Positions 30,563 to 41,633 of a DNA stretch of 64,000 bases are shown one piece after another. Source of the DNA: an uncultured Nitrososphaerota archaeon (GTDB lineage Archaea; Thermoproteota; Nitrososphaeria; Nitrososphaerales; CADDZS01). Made by a program: the position numbers and the translations under genes. The notes under the pieces were generated by a model. That model ran no database searches. It saw only the letters and a list, made by a program, of their open reading frames with translations, and had not been told where the DNA came from. Positions within the stretch are counted from its first letter, which is position 1, and each line of letters opens with the position of its first letter. The DNA is taken from NCBI GenBank assembly GCA_963799845.1, contig CAWCYI010000006.1:576001-640000 (forward strand). Reading direction: 5' to 3'.

Positions 30563-32347
30563 CTAGTTTCCATCTCTCGCAATGGGATTTAGAAACTTTC
30601 TGCCATCCACATCGTATAATCCTTTGTCCGTAACTCGCGCATGAGGAATCACCGAGAGGGTCAACAAGAACGGGATCGGCATGTAAAGGTGATCTATCAT
30701 TCCCATCGTTTTGAAAGCCCGGCGCAATCGTTTCATCTTTCGCGCCGTTGCATCTAATCCATCTTCCGACATCAATCCCGCAATAGGAAGGTCGATCTTT
30801 GCAAGGATTTTTCCATTCATTACGGCCGCGATGCCGCCGCTTGATTTTATGACTGAATTGGCAGCCCTCAACATGTCCCCTCGGCCCTTTCCAACGACAA
30901 CGAGATTGTGAGAATCGTGAGCGATTGTTGTTGCGAGTGCTCCGGAATTCAGGAGTCTTTTTGCGAACGCGACCGAGCGATTTCCATTCTTGCCGTGGCG
31001 TTCAAACACAAAAATTTCGCAGATATTCTGATCAGAAATGGCTCCATCTTCGAATTGCACTTCCACTACCGAGCGATCTGTGAGCACCATTTCCAGAAAT
31101 CCCTGCGGTTGCGCTGGTGCGGAAAATTTCGAGAAATCGAGGCAGTTCAGAATAATCTTTTGCTTTCCTTTCGGTAAAGTGTAATCGAAATCTCCATCGT
31201 TGAGTGTTGGAATTTTCACGGTGTGCAGGGCTGCTCTGTCGAATCTTCGGTTTTTCACGGGTTTCAACAGTTTACCATTTTTTGCTATGATTTCGCCGTT
31301 TGAGATAACAAATACAGGATAGAATGATTGTATACTTTTCAAAAGCAGAATATCAGCGATCTTTCCTGGAGCGACAGCCCCAAGATTGAATTTTCGCATG
31401 TGGATCGCTGCCCTGATCGTCGCACTCCTGATAACTTCTACCGGGTCCATGCCTTCCTTGATAGCGGATCTGCAGACATTGTTCAAGTGCCCGTTATCGA
31501 CAAGTCTATCGGGCATTACATCGTCAGTCACGAAGAGAATATTCCATGGACTCGGAATCTTCTTGATTGCACGCACAAAGGCGTTCATGTCAATTGCGTC
31601 AGGCCCCCGGAGTTTAAGATACAAGCCGGCTCTGAGTTTTTCAATGGCGGTTGCAACTTCGAAATTCTCATGATCTGCCTCGGGACCCGCAGCGACGTAT
31701 GAAGCAAGCCTTGCACCAGTCAAGAGCGGACAGTGACCATCGATGACTACTTGTTTTTTTCTTCCAATTTCCAGGATTCTGATTATCTTCGGATCAGAAG
31801 AGAGTACCGCTTCAAAATCCATTACTTCACCGAGTCCGCACACCCCAGGCCAGGAGAGGGATTCCTCCACGTCATCGGGACTCATTTCTGCACCGGAGGT
31901 AACTGCATTTGATTCCGGGACGCAAGTCGGCACAAAGAAATCTATTTTCATGGGAAGATTCCTCGAGTTCTCAAGCATCATTCTCAATCCATCTTTTCCG
32001 AGAACGTTCACAATTTCATGTGGGTCGGCAAACACGCTGGTCGTTCCCAAAGGTAGAACTGCGCAAGCAAAATTTGAAGGCGTCAACATGGTACTTTCTA
32101 TGTGAAGATGAGTATCGATCAATCCAGGAATGGCGATCAATCCACGGGCATCAATTGATTTCAACGCCCTAAAGTCCGAATCTTCGCCAACAGAGACAAT
32201 TGTGTCTTTGAAAATCCCGATGTCGTTCTTCAGGATCTCGCCGGTATAGATATTCAGAACGCTACAATTTTTGATCAGCAGAGTTAGCGGTCTGCGCCCC
32301 AAGGCCGAGGACAAGATTTCATTTAAGCTGGAGTTCAAGAAATTCAA
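30563..32347 (-). CDS. ade: Adenine deaminase
   Basis: PGLIDTHLHIES, DPHEIVNV, GLGEVMD, DGHCP, TDD and AHDSHN motifs. Confidence 0.9.
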   Translation of the reverse strand: MNFLNSSLNEILSSALGRRPLTLLIKNCSVLNIYTGEILKNDIGIFKDTIVSVGEDSDFRALKSIDARGLIAIPGLIDTHLHIESTMLTPSNFACAVLPLGTTSVFADPHEIVNVLGKDGLRMMLENSRNLPMKIDFFVPTCVPESNAVTSGAEMSPDDVEESLSWPGVCGLGEVMDFEAVLSSDPKIIRILEIGRKKQVVIDGHCPLLTGARLASYVAAGPEADHENFEVATAIEKLRAGLYLKLRGPDAIDMNAFVRAIKKIPSPWNILFVTDDVMPDRLVDNGHLNNVCRSAIKEGMDPVEVIRSATIRAAIHMRKFNLGAVAPGKIADILLLKSIQSFYPVFVISNGEIIAKNGKLLKPVKNRRFDRAALHTVKIPTLNDGDFDYTLPKGKQKIILNCLDFSKFSAPAQPQGFLEMVLTDRSVVEVQFEDGAISDQNICEIFVFERHGKNGNRSVAFAKRLLNSGALATTIAHDSHNLVVVGKGRGDMLRAANSVIKSSGGIAAVMNGKILAKIDLPIAGLMSEDGLDATARKMKRLRRAFKTMGMIDHLYMPIPFLLTLSVIPHARVTDKGLYDVDGRKFLNPIARDGN

Positions 32348-32428
32348 AGCTTTTCGTTAGACATAGGTCTCACCGACTTTTGATGAAGAGTTTTGCGATT
32401 CCCGTCCGGATAGCAGCTGAGAAGCCAA

Positions 32429-33989
32429 CTACTCCGGAGGAATCTCTTTGTAGGCGAGCGAAATGTCAATTCCCCGCGATGCATGATATCTCTTCGAACC
32501 AAGATAGATAACGGCGCCCAGGACAAATGAAACTATCACATAGCCGTAAGCTATACTGTTTGCACCCCAGACGGATCCATTAGCTAGGAATAGGTACGTG
32601 ATGTATACAAAAACCGCAGCCATCAAGATTCCTGCGACGAAGAGTATTCCTTTCGAACTACCCTTTTCCTTTCGAAAGGCGTACACCGATGCAGCGAGGC
32701 CGATGACAACAAAGTAAGCCATGGCGGCGACCACGTTCCCGAACAGAGACGACAAAGTGCCGTAAACGAAAGCAGAAGTACCGATCAAGCCAAGAGTTAT
32801 CACCAGATCGATTACATGGGCGACGACCGGCGACCCGTACTTGGGGCTGATGTAAGAGAGTTGTTCAGGAAGGAACCGATCGAACGATTGAGCAAAAAGA
32901 TATCTCGAGAAAACTATTACCCCGTAAGCGAGAACCCCAATGTTCCACACTATCCATCCTAGACCTATGAAGGCCTGGAGCGGATAGACTTGTTGTAGCG
33001 CCCATCGCGAACGTCCAGAAATTGAAATCGGAGAATGAAGAAAGAGTTCCTGTCAGGGCGCCGCTCACGAAGCTGAAACCGCCTGCAACGTACATAGCGC
33101 CAAAGGCACCAGTAATCAAAATCAAGGATATGACTGCAGATATTGGTACATTCCATCGAAGAGCGCTCTTGCCTTTCATTTCGGAGGCAACAGCCGGAGC
33201 TGCGTTAAGCCAAGGATAAACAAAGATGGCAAAGAACGGTATCAAGAAAAAGACTCCATTCCAGTTTATGGCGCTCGCTGTTGACGGAGCACTTACTTGC
33301 GACAGTGTAATATTAGCAGCAAAGTTAGTGTTCGCAAAATTGAGATAATTAGTAACGCCATTTGAACCGGCAGCAAATAATGTCAGCATTGCGATCGCTA
33401 GAGAGACGACCCCCACTATAATCAGAGCTGAAACTAACTTGTAGCCGGACTTTGGAGTAAAAATGTTGATAGCGATTAGGACAGTAAATATTATCGCGGC
33501 GACGACAAATTGCTGAAGAGCATTTCCCCCAAAATTAGCAGGGAGAGACAAACCGAACATACTGGAGTTACCCAGTCCAACTCCAACTCCGCCAATGGCG
33601 AAAACAGCAGACAGTGAGATTAGGGCAAGATATGCGAGCGTCTCAAGAGTATAACCCATAAAAGAAAAAGTGCTTCCGATAAATCCACCGAAAGTTCTTG
33701 AGGTCCAGACGTAATCTCCGCCGGTCCTCGGTAATCTTCTCGTCATCATCGTGTAGACTATGATTTGAGGAACAGAAAGCAAGAAAGCAATAATCGAAGT
33801 CAAAACCAAATTGAAACCAGAATTTACGATCGCAGCAGGCAGAAGCGTCGTGGTCAGGCCGATGGTCCCGAGACCTGCGCCCACGGACATGTTTCCGAGG
33901 TTTAATGTAATCGCATCAATGAAGGATACATTTTTCACGAGCCCAGTACTATCTCGAGTGAAAACTTTCTTCGAAGCTGTTCCAGCCAT
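32429..33989 (-). CDS. APC-family amino acid permease (apparent +1 frameshift at ~32988)
   Basis: FTRDSTGLVK, PRTGGDYVW, SRYLFAQSFDR and C-terminal EIPPE. Restoring AGCT from AG[T]CT gives TSYPLQAFIGLGWIVWN. Confidence 0.87.
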
Positions 33990-34548
33990 TTGCACGCGAC
34001 CTATGCTGCCTCGTATAAATAGTTAAGCCACCACTTTAGTTTTGAATAATCGAAAGACCTAGTTTCTGCTCCAAGAAATTTGTCCTTGTGCCTTATCAAG
34101 ACTTTTTTCCGCATCCCGCCTTTTTAGGAAAACGATTAGTTTGTCTGGTGCGATTCTCGATAATCGCCCTAATTACTTGAATCGTTAATCATCTTATCAT
34201 AAAATCCAAATTTAAGAAGATAATCATGGTTCTGATCGCGTACAAAAGGCTCTCTGTTTCAAAGTAAGTCGATTGAATTTTTTCCTCGTATCAACATCCA
34301 ACAGTATCAATTTCCGATATATTCCAGTTCTCATTTTAGGCGCTCTAACATGGCCTGCTAATATGCATCGAAAAAAGATAGAGGCGTCGTTATCAAGAAG
34401 ATTTGACAGATTTAGGCATATGAGACAAGTCGGGTTGGTAGAGAGTAATTTACCTAGGCCGTATTTTTGTGTATGACTACTGTGAACGCATTTTGACAGA
34501 AAGCTAGGATTAAATCACCCTAGGCCAAGGGGCCGGCCGAATCTTTCA

Positions 34549-34962
34549 ATGAGCATAGATAACAGCGGATATCTGAACGAAATACCGTCGTCAAATCCAA
34601 TCAATACTTTCGCGCCCAGAGCGGATACTCAACAGGTGTTGGCAGTTGAGTTCGATACTGAAGTAAAGGACTGGTGGATCGAAGGTGGGAGACTCGGAAT
34701 CCCAAAAGAATACAGACAATACTTTCCAAGACCAGGAGACCCAATCGTCCTTATAGACTATGAGGGCAGGATGTACAGATCCAAAATGCACAACCTGTGG
34801 CAAGGTGTGGATGTAGGCCGGATCGACGGGATCAAGCCATTCTATAAGAACCATCCAATAATTACCCCTGGCACGAAGCTCCATGTGAAAGTAACCGGAA
34901 AAAGTACTGCAGTGGTCATGCTGGCAGAAAGACCCGTCAGACCGATAATGGGTCAGATGTAA
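34549..34962 (+). CDS. Hypothetical protein resembling a B3/EcoRII-N DNA-binding pseudobarrel
   Basis: GRLGIPKEYRQYFP...IVLIDYEGRMY...GRIDGIKPFYKNH..ITPGTKLHV parallels the B3 consensus, judged by eye. Confidence 0.6.
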   Translation: MSIDNSGYLNEIPSSNPINTFAPRADTQQVLAVEFDTEVKDWWIEGGRLGIPKEYRQYFPRPGDPIVLIDYEGRMYRSKMHNLWQGVDVGRIDGIKPFYKNHPIITPGTKLHVKVTGKSTAVVMLAERPVRPIMGQM

Positions 34963-35129
34963 CCGGTACTGGATTGCATCATAACGAGGGCAGCAGTCCG
35001 CTGACCCTCGGATAATTTTTTCATCGAGATATCATACGAGTGTATTCTCAATATTGGATCATTACTGAGTCGGGGGATAAGTGTCAGAATATGAGGAGCT
35101 GACACGACAAATCTAGGTACTTTCCGGAG

Positions 35130-35300
35130 TCATTCATTCTTCGATTGATACCGATCCTGAACTCGGTATCTCAAATATCTGTCATCAGGAGAAAATCTGG
35201 GAGGATGTGGACTGATCACTTCAACCGAGCCACACTTCGGGCATTTTTCGCCTAGAGTATATGTCTCGCAGACCTTGCACTTGTGTAAGAGTCTATTCAA
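35130..35300 (-). CDS. nop10: H/ACA RNP protein Nop10
   Basis: Manual translation MNRLLHKCKVCETYTLGEKCPKCG...SPHPPRFSPDDRYLRYR (56 aa, below the ORF cutoff); follows aIF2alpha. Confidence 0.93.
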   Translation of the reverse strand: MNRLLHKCKVCETYTLGEKCPKCGSVEVISPHPPRFSPDDRYLRYRVQDRYQSKNE

Positions 35301-36112
35301 GCTGCTTGCGAGATTCCTCTCTTGTAAAGCTGAATTTTCCCTTGTTCTTCTCTAGAGGCGTGCTGATCCGTTCTAGAGCGCTCTGTAGTGCTCTCTCAGC
35401 AACCTTGTAGTTCTCAGCTTTGACCGTAAGCCTGTATCGCGGAGTGCCGAGGTAAGTTACCTTAATTTGAACGCCTGAAGTCTTGACATCCTCGCCTGAT
35501 CTCAGGGCGCTTTTGATGACTTCAATGCCGTTTGAGGTCTTCACCCTGATGTCCATTACGCCACGCACCTCGACGATGGGAATCGCAATTTTCTCCTTTA
35601 CAACCTGCTCGAGAGCTTCGACCAGCGGGAGATCAAGTTCGAGCTTCTGGAGAGCTTTTGGGCCGCGGCGAGCAATATCTTCGAAACCGTCGTAGAGAGT
35701 ATCGTACTGATTCAGAACTGCATCATGGATTTTCTTCAAGGCCGATTCATTGCTTCAGCTTTGATTTCAAGGCATCAAGAATGGTAGCAGCCTTTTCCGT
35801 TTTCTTAACTTCAATTATCTTCGCCTTTCGCTCCTCACCGGAGACTTGTCGAAGAGAGAGATCGATTTCCTTTCTCGTGCGATTAATCCGGATTACTTTC
35901 AGTACGATTTTTTGTCCCGGTTTTGCATATCTTTCGATATCTCTAACCCACCCAGTGGCAATTTCACTAATGTGCAAAAAGGCAGGAAGTTTTCCGTACT
36001 CATCCAGAGTAACGTAAACTCCGTGCGCAGTGATTTCCTTTACAGTTGCGAGTACCAGCTCTCCGTCTTCGGGCATGGATTGCGGGGTAGGGAGAGCGTT
36101 TTCGGTGGTCAA
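35293..36112 (-). CDS. eif2a: Translation initiation factor 2 alpha subunit (apparent +1 frameshift at ~35755)
   Basis: S1 domain PEDGELVLATV...FLHISEIATGWVRDI; C-terminal YLGTPRYRLTVKAENYK. Removing one base rejoins the halves as KLSNESALKKI. Confidence 0.93.
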
Positions 36113-36265
36113 CTGTATGAAATAATCTCCTGACTTGCTCGAAACTGAGTTCTTATTGCAAAATAGAGGTAAATAGGTTTCTCGGATTGGAAGATGATTC
36201 TAAGGTTCGAGATAGAACAGAAAGATCTCCGTTCCATTCTCCCGGAAGCGAATTATCTCAGATAA

Positions 36266-36481
36266 CTAGGTGTAATCCAGCCTCTTGACTTCCGGACCGA
36301 GGCTTTCCGAATACTCCACTTTGCCGCCAGTGTTGTATGCGAGAACTTCCCCACACTGTTTACACTTGACTTCCTTCGTGCTGTTCGAGTAAAACACGTT
36401 TTCAGTGCCGCATTTCACGCATGTGCCAGAATTGAACTCACTCTTGGGCTGCGGGATGCTGATTCTTTCTTTTCGGACCAT
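36266..36481 (-). CDS. rps27e: 30S ribosomal protein S27e
   Basis: IPQPKSEF...CVKCG...VKCKQCGEVLA..TGGK; conserved operon position. Confidence 0.92.
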   Translation of the reverse strand: MVRKERISIPQPKSEFNSGTCVKCGTENVFYSNSTKEVKCKQCGEVLAYNTGGKVEYSESLGPEVKRLDYT

Positions 36482-36513
36482 GTTAATTTTTCCCCGATGT
36501 TGAAACAACACGG

Positions 36514-36792
36514 CTATTGTTCAATCTCAAGCTTTCGGAGGCGGATGCCAAGACGAGTAACGATTTTCCCGCATTCTTTACACTTCAATCGCAAGATCTG
36601 CTTTTTCGTCGTTTTCGCAGTTCGAATCAGCTTTGGAAACTTTTGTCCCCCATAACCATGGATATCTTCCTCGTGCCTGCGGGCGCCGACCGCGGTCGCT
36701 CGCTGCTTCCCGGCCTTGTAAATACTCACGGTGTGAACCGTATGTTTGTTATCGTGAGGGCAATACGTCTTCATTTCTTTAACCATTTTCAT
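36514..36792 (-). CDS. rpl44e: 50S ribosomal protein L44e
   Basis: KTYCPHDNKHTVHTV...GYGGQKFP...AKTTKKQILRLKCKECG. Confidence 0.96.
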   Translation of the reverse strand: MKMVKEMKTYCPHDNKHTVHTVSIYKAGKQRATAVGARRHEEDIHGYGGQKFPKLIRTAKTTKKQILRLKCKECGKIVTRLGIRLRKLEIEQ

Positions 36793-36924
36793 GTTGATAT
36801 TTCACTCCCAGTTTTCGGATTTAATAGACTTGCATAAACAAAAATTCATGCAAGAACAGTACCTTCGATTTATGCCCTTATTAACGTAGTGCAAACCGCC
36901 GGTCCAGAATCATGATAGTCGTCG

Positions 36925-37488
36925 TCAATCCTCGGGCTCTATCCAATTCTTGGCGATTATTCCAATCTTAGCCAGGCTTTTCGCATTTTCCAGCGGTAAG
37001 ATTGCCACGTCTTCCGGTTCAAACGGCCCGTAAGTCGCAAGATCTGTTCCGGATAGTGCAGAGTAGGGCTGGCTGAATCTGACAATAACGTATTTTTGCT
37101 TTACAATCTCGCTGACTCGATCAAGCTCTGCGATCTGGCCATTCAAGATTGCCTGACTAATTCTTTCGAATCTTTTTCTGGACTGGACAAGGGGTTCGAC
37201 AATATAGCGTTCCTCCGGGGCCAAATTAGCTATCTCAGATTCAGGATCCTGACGAAATTTTGATACTCTAAGTTCAATCAGCCGGCGAGAAATATTGGAG
37301 AGGAGTCTCCTCTCCGCCAAACTTAGTTCTGAGATCAAGTTCTTTTCTCTCTCCGAGCTCTCTGACCTTATTGTCTTGATGTGTGCGGCGACGTCTTTGT
37401 AGGTGTTGGGGTTAATCTTGAGGAGCTCCTTTGTCCTGTTTTCATCCTCAAGTAGCCGGTTCAGCTTGTCTGCAATGGACTCAATCAA
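36925..37488 (-). CDS. GINS complex subunit (Gins51-like)
   Basis: LRVSK, NLAPEERYI and B-domain YGPFEPEDVAILPLENAKSL; located between priS and rpl44e. Confidence 0.85.
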   Translation of the reverse strand: MIESIADKLNRLLEDENRTKELLKINPNTYKDVAAHIKTIRSESSEREKNLISELSLAERRLLSNISRRLIELRVSKFRQDPESEIANLAPEERYIVEPLVQSRKRFERISQAILNGQIAELDRVSEIVKQKYVIVRFSQPYSALSGTDLATYGPFEPEDVAILPLENAKSLAKIGIIAKNWIEPED

Positions 37489-37509
37489 ATCAGCCGCCCC
37501 AATTCCGAA

Positions 37510-38715
37510 TTAACTCGCATGAGCGACATCAGTTTTTGAAGCCTGCGCTGGGACTCCGACAAGGTCAGATTTATCGGCCTCGATTTTTGCCGCGCCCCGG
37601 GAAATCAGATAGACAGCAAGATACATAGGAACTTTTGCAGCTGTCTTCTTTTGGATGGGCCCGATGGAAGTACCCCCGAGCGTTATCCTGGGGCACATCT
37701 CGATATTGATTGATACCGGTTCGTCTTCCTCCGGGAGCGCAACAGCTTCTGAAAACGGGTCAAAGGATGCCAAATCAACGCATCTCCGCTTCACCAGGCC
37801 AGTTTTATTGTTCAGAGTTTCAGCCATTCTGAAGACCCGGTGAATGTCAGCCGTGACCATCGCATCTATTCTAACGCGATTCGAATCGATTGCTGAACCC
37901 ATAAGATTCTCAATTTGTTCAGATTCGAGTTCGTTCGTCATTTCCAAGATACGCTTCTCAAACTCTGCGCTCTTGAATGGCTTTGCACCCGGCGGGAGAT
38001 CCCTAATGTATCTGGCGACTCGACCACGCCAGCCAGGATCTTTTGGTGACAGGCGTGGTGTCTCAAAGACATTCGCGGTCACACCTTGAGCGGTGAGATA
38101 GTCTGAGATCTCGGATCTTCCGTGTTGGTCAAGCTCATCCAGTTGGCTACTTTCAACCTCGACGTGGAATCCGGCATTCCCCGAGAAGAATGTAGTTATT
38201 TGGGAACTCGAGATTCCAAAGTCTTGTTCCAGGAACTCCAGCAGTCTAAAGGTTTCTTTTTTGACTCCTTCAATACATTTGGAACACGCCCAGGTCATTT
38301 CGAGAATTGTCGTTCCCTTACAACTTGGGCAGTCTTCTGGTCTAAGTCCAAATTCTTTATGCCCACATTTCTTGCAAAACCAAACATCGTGTTCGTTCTT
38401 GCAAGAAAGTTTTAGAGCATCGGCATCTATGTCAAAAATCAAGTTAGCTTTGATCCAACCTTTCTTCTGCATTTCGGCGGTCGGATCTTCGTAAAGCGAA
38501 TTTGAACAGTAAACTCCCGCTGGAGCCTCCTTCACTAGAAGGGCTCGGAATAAGCCGATGTCGCGAAACGACAGGTGACGGATCATGCCTCCGTTGAATG
38601 GAAAGTAGCCAAACTCTCTCGACCCGATATGCGATGGCGCTTTGATTCTATCGGAGTGCTTGAAGTAGTACTCCCTAAAATAGCGCTTGAGGGCTAGCGT
38701 CGAGTTTTCGTCCAT
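37510..38715 (-). CDS. priS: DNA primase small subunit
   Basis: REFGY, LIFDIDAD, Zn motif, FSGNAGFH and IDAMVTADIHRVFR motifs. Confidence 0.95.
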   Translation of the reverse strand: MDENSTLALKRYFREYYFKHSDRIKAPSHIGSREFGYFPFNGGMIRHLSFRDIGLFRALLVKEAPAGVYCSNSLYEDPTAEMQKKGWIKANLIFDIDADALKLSCKNEHDVWFCKKCGHKEFGLRPEDCPSCKGTTILEMTWACSKCIEGVKKETFRLLEFLEQDFGISSSQITTFFSGNAGFHVEVESSQLDELDQHGRSEISDYLTAQGVTANVFETPRLSPKDPGWRGRVARYIRDLPPGAKPFKSAEFEKRILEMTNELESEQIENLMGSAIDSNRVRIDAMVTADIHRVFRMAETLNNKTGLVKRRCVDLASFDPFSEAVALPEEDEPVSINIEMCPRITLGGTSIGPIQKKTAAKVPMYLAVYLISRGAAKIEADKSDLVGVPAQASKTDVAHAS

Positions 38716-39804
38716 CCTTTTCTCCCCTCTCTATTTTCTCCACCATTTTCCCTCTTTGTTTTTTCTCCCTTTGTCTTCGGTGGCTCCTTCGAAACTGGGC
38801 TCTGTCTGGAAGGATACTGAAGTGGGCTGGAAATCTCGAAGCATTTTATAGGATCTTTGAAACAAAACCCATGAGTTTGCAAGGTCTTGCACGACGGCAC
38901 GCTGTACCTGGTCCTACCTCCTTTCAAACCGGCGATATGTTCCACCTGATATTTCGTGATTGATTGTTTGAAGTCGGGGGCCTTCGGGAATAACGCCATT
39001 ATATCGTCTACGCTCTTACCGACAGCGAGAAGATATGTTGCCATCAGGAACCTTCCGTAGTGCGGGACGTTCTGACCTTTTTCTAGCAAATTGAGAGCCT
39101 CGCGGACGCAGGGCGGGTAGTCTTCTGGCTTTACATTGATTATCGAATAGGCACTTTTTGGTGGGGGAGGTGCCAGAGAAACGAGCTTTCGCACGATTAA
39201 CTCTAAATTCTGGGGAAGCTTCGGAACTTTTGCTTCACCCAGACGTTGCATAATTCAGCTGGCGGATCTCTTCTCTGATCAGTCTGATCAAATCTTGCTG
39301 GCTTATGTAGACTTTGCCATCTTGCACTATTCGGTTCACAAGCTTCCATTCTGTCTTGTGAAAATGAACGGCCCTCTTAACGTAATCCGCGATTGTGATT
39401 CTAAACTTTGGATAATGAGCATCGTTTGATCGCTCTAAGTTTATTTTCAAAAAATCTTTGAAAATATCTTCGATTATGCGATCATTTTGTTCCTGCCTCA
39501 GGAATGATTCAACGCGAATTGCCTCGGCAAGAGCGTATCGTTCCATCAGATGATCTAATTTAGTTGATCTAACTAGTACGAGCGATACAGGGAAAGACAT
39601 TATTTCTACCTCCCGGCTCTCTCCGATCTTGTCCGACACTTTTCCCGGACCCAGCGCTTCGATTACTCTTTGTTCGGCCCGATCTAACACTTTCTTGTAG
39701 TCCGGGCTTGAGAGATCAACTAGGGAGAGACCCTGCGCCCTTATGAAATCGCCAGCTTGCGGCAAGAATGTGTATCTTGCCAGATCGTCATTTCCAAATT
39801 GCAA
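38694..39804 (-). CDS. priL: DNA primase large subunit (apparent +1 frameshift at ~39255)
   Basis: WKLVNRIVQDGKVYI; Fe-S domain YPPC...PHYGRF...YSVPSC...C...C. Removing one base rejoins the halves as IRQLIMQRLG. Confidence 0.93.
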
Positions 39805-39884
39805 GTTATCTAACCATCTGAGCTCGCACGATTTCCTTAACTAATTTCTGAAATTGATGTCATCTTTCTAAACCAGAATTTGGA

Positions 39885-40340
39885 CTAGGAGATCCATGAT
39901 GAACTCCCATCACGATAGATCTCCTTCTTGAATAAGGCTGGTTCTTTCTTGTATCTTTCAACTGCGTCTCGCAAGGCTGCAAATCCTCGATCTCTCCTGG
40001 GAGAAGCGACAATCACCATGACGACTGGCTCACCCGCGGAAAAGCTGCCCATCGCATGGACGATCATGATGTCCGTCAGGTCGTATTTTTTCATAATTTC
40101 TTTGCAGATCTTATTGAGCACTGTATTTGCATGTCTTTCATAGGATTCGATGACGAGGGATTTGATCTTTCTTTGTCCATCCGCACTTTCGAGTCTTGCG
40201 ACTCCGAGAAAGCTTAGGACAGACCCGGTATTTTTTCCAAGGCCCTTCAGAAAATCCGCATAAATCTCGGAAAAGTCAATCTTGTTCTTGGGATAAACTC
40301 CAGAAGAAATTTTTTGAACTCTTCTTCTATTAGCCGTTAT
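39885..40340 (-). CDS. moaE: Molybdopterin synthase catalytic subunit (start uncertain)
   Basis: The frame extends upstream of the track start through GSVLSFLGVAR...LVIESYE; HAMGSFSAGE, ASPRR and FKKEIY motifs. Confidence 0.88.
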   Translation of the reverse strand: MTANRRRVQKISSGVYPKNKIDFSEIYADFLKGLGKNTGSVLSFLGVARLESADGQRKIKSLVIESYERHANTVLNKICKEIMKKYDLTDIMIVHAMGSFSAGEPVVMVIVASPRRDRGFAALRDAVERYKKEPALFKKEIYRDGSSSWIS

Positions 40341-40359
40341 CTGGGCGCAACTCCCGCAA

Positions 40360-40903
40360 TTATGTGCCGCGAGCGATAAACACCGCGTGGCGGATCTCCT
40401 TTTGAATTAGTTCCATCCCCAGACCCGAAGCATCTGGAGAACCAGGAAGACAGAAAACAACTTTTGTCTCAATCGTACCTGCAATAGCTCTTGACATCAA
40501 CGCCGGAGATCCGATCGACTCGTAACTTCAGCTTCCGAAAGATTTCCCCAAATCCGTCCAGCGTCTTATCCAAGAGTGGTCTTATTGCTTCGACCGTAAC
40601 GTCCCTGGGAGAAAGACCGGTTCCTCCAATGAAAATCGCAGCGTCGAAATTTTCGTCGAACAGAGATTTGAAAAGGGAAAGTCTGATCATCGACCTATTG
40701 TCGTCAATGACGGAGTGAGAGAATTCATGACCCTCCCTTTCGAGAACTTCCTTTGCAATCTCGCCGCTTTCGTCTCTCAGACCCTTGTCGCGAAATCTAC
40801 TGGAGCTGACAGTGAAAAGCGCCACCCTGATTTTTTGCGGCGAAGCCTCCTTATGCGATGTGGCCGACTTGGATTCATTGTGAGAGTGGCGATCTGAATG
40901 CAT
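40360..40903 (-). CDS. moaB: Molybdopterin adenylyltransferase MoaB/MogA (apparent +1 frameshift at ~40528)
   Basis: TVSSSR..DESG and GGTGLSPRDVT; the corrected frame continues RKLSYESIGSPALMSRAIAG...FCLPGSP to TAA at 40360. Confidence 0.9.
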
Positions 40904-40906
40904 GTC

Positions 40907-41359
40907 TCATTTTCCGCCCTTGATTTTCCTCACGACGTGGATATTCTCGATGCGAGAAGTGGGATACTGTCCATTTTCGTCCTTCTCATACTTTTTCACG
41001 ACATCCCAGATATTCAGCAGGGCGCAGGCGACCGCGTTGAGCGCCTCCATTTCGACTCCAGTCCTGCTTTGTGCCACGACGTCGACACGCACCGTTATTG
41101 AGTCCGCGCCTTTTGAAAAATCGACCCTTGTCGCTTCTACCGGCACTTGATGACAGAGCATCAGTGAAGTTGGTGTTGACTTTACCGCCTGTATGGCCGC
41201 GACCGATGCAATTGCGAGCGGATCTCCCTTTTCCACCTTTCCATCTGCCAGTAGTTTTATCGTCGATTTTCTAAGGATTATACGGCCCTCAGCGGTGGCC
41301 TGTCTCCGAACCATCGGCTTTGCAGAAATATCTATCATCTTGGGAACGGAGTACTCCAT
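40907..41359 (-). CDS. moaC: Cyclic pyranopterin monophosphate synthase
   Basis: MIDISAK, KGDP, LCHQ, TGVEMEAL and WDVVK motifs. Confidence 0.95.
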   Translation of the reverse strand: MEYSVPKMIDISAKPMVRRQATAEGRIILRKSTIKLLADGKVEKGDPLAIASVAAIQAVKSTPTSLMLCHQVPVEATRVDFSKGADSITVRVDVVAQSRTGVEMEALNAVACALLNIWDVVKKYEKDENGQYPTSRIENIHVVRKIKGGK

Positions 41360-41524
41360 CTTTTTGCAACCGGTTTGCAATTTCTTCGAGCGTCAAATAA
41401 TTACGTTTCCCTAGGAGTTTCTTTTCAGGTCTGCGGGTACGAAACTACCTGAAGTGACCGGCACCTGCGGCCCCCGCTGTAACCTTGCTGAAAGAATGTG
41501 AAAAGGAGCTCTACCTCTATACTA

Positions 41525-41633
41525 TAGCAATAGAATTAGCCAGAAGAGCTTGAAACGAGCTCTTCGGTACGCAGAATTGCATCCCCGTGTAGAACAGGGC
41601 AAAAATGGCATAATAAATCAATGAAACTCACAC
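41525..41633 (+). repeat. Copy A of a duplicated ~110-nt structured non-coding element
   Basis: 47/57 identity to 48867-48923 plus 24/31 in a second block; hairpin AAGAGCTTG-AAA-CGAGCTCTT at 41544-41564. Confidence 0.8.
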
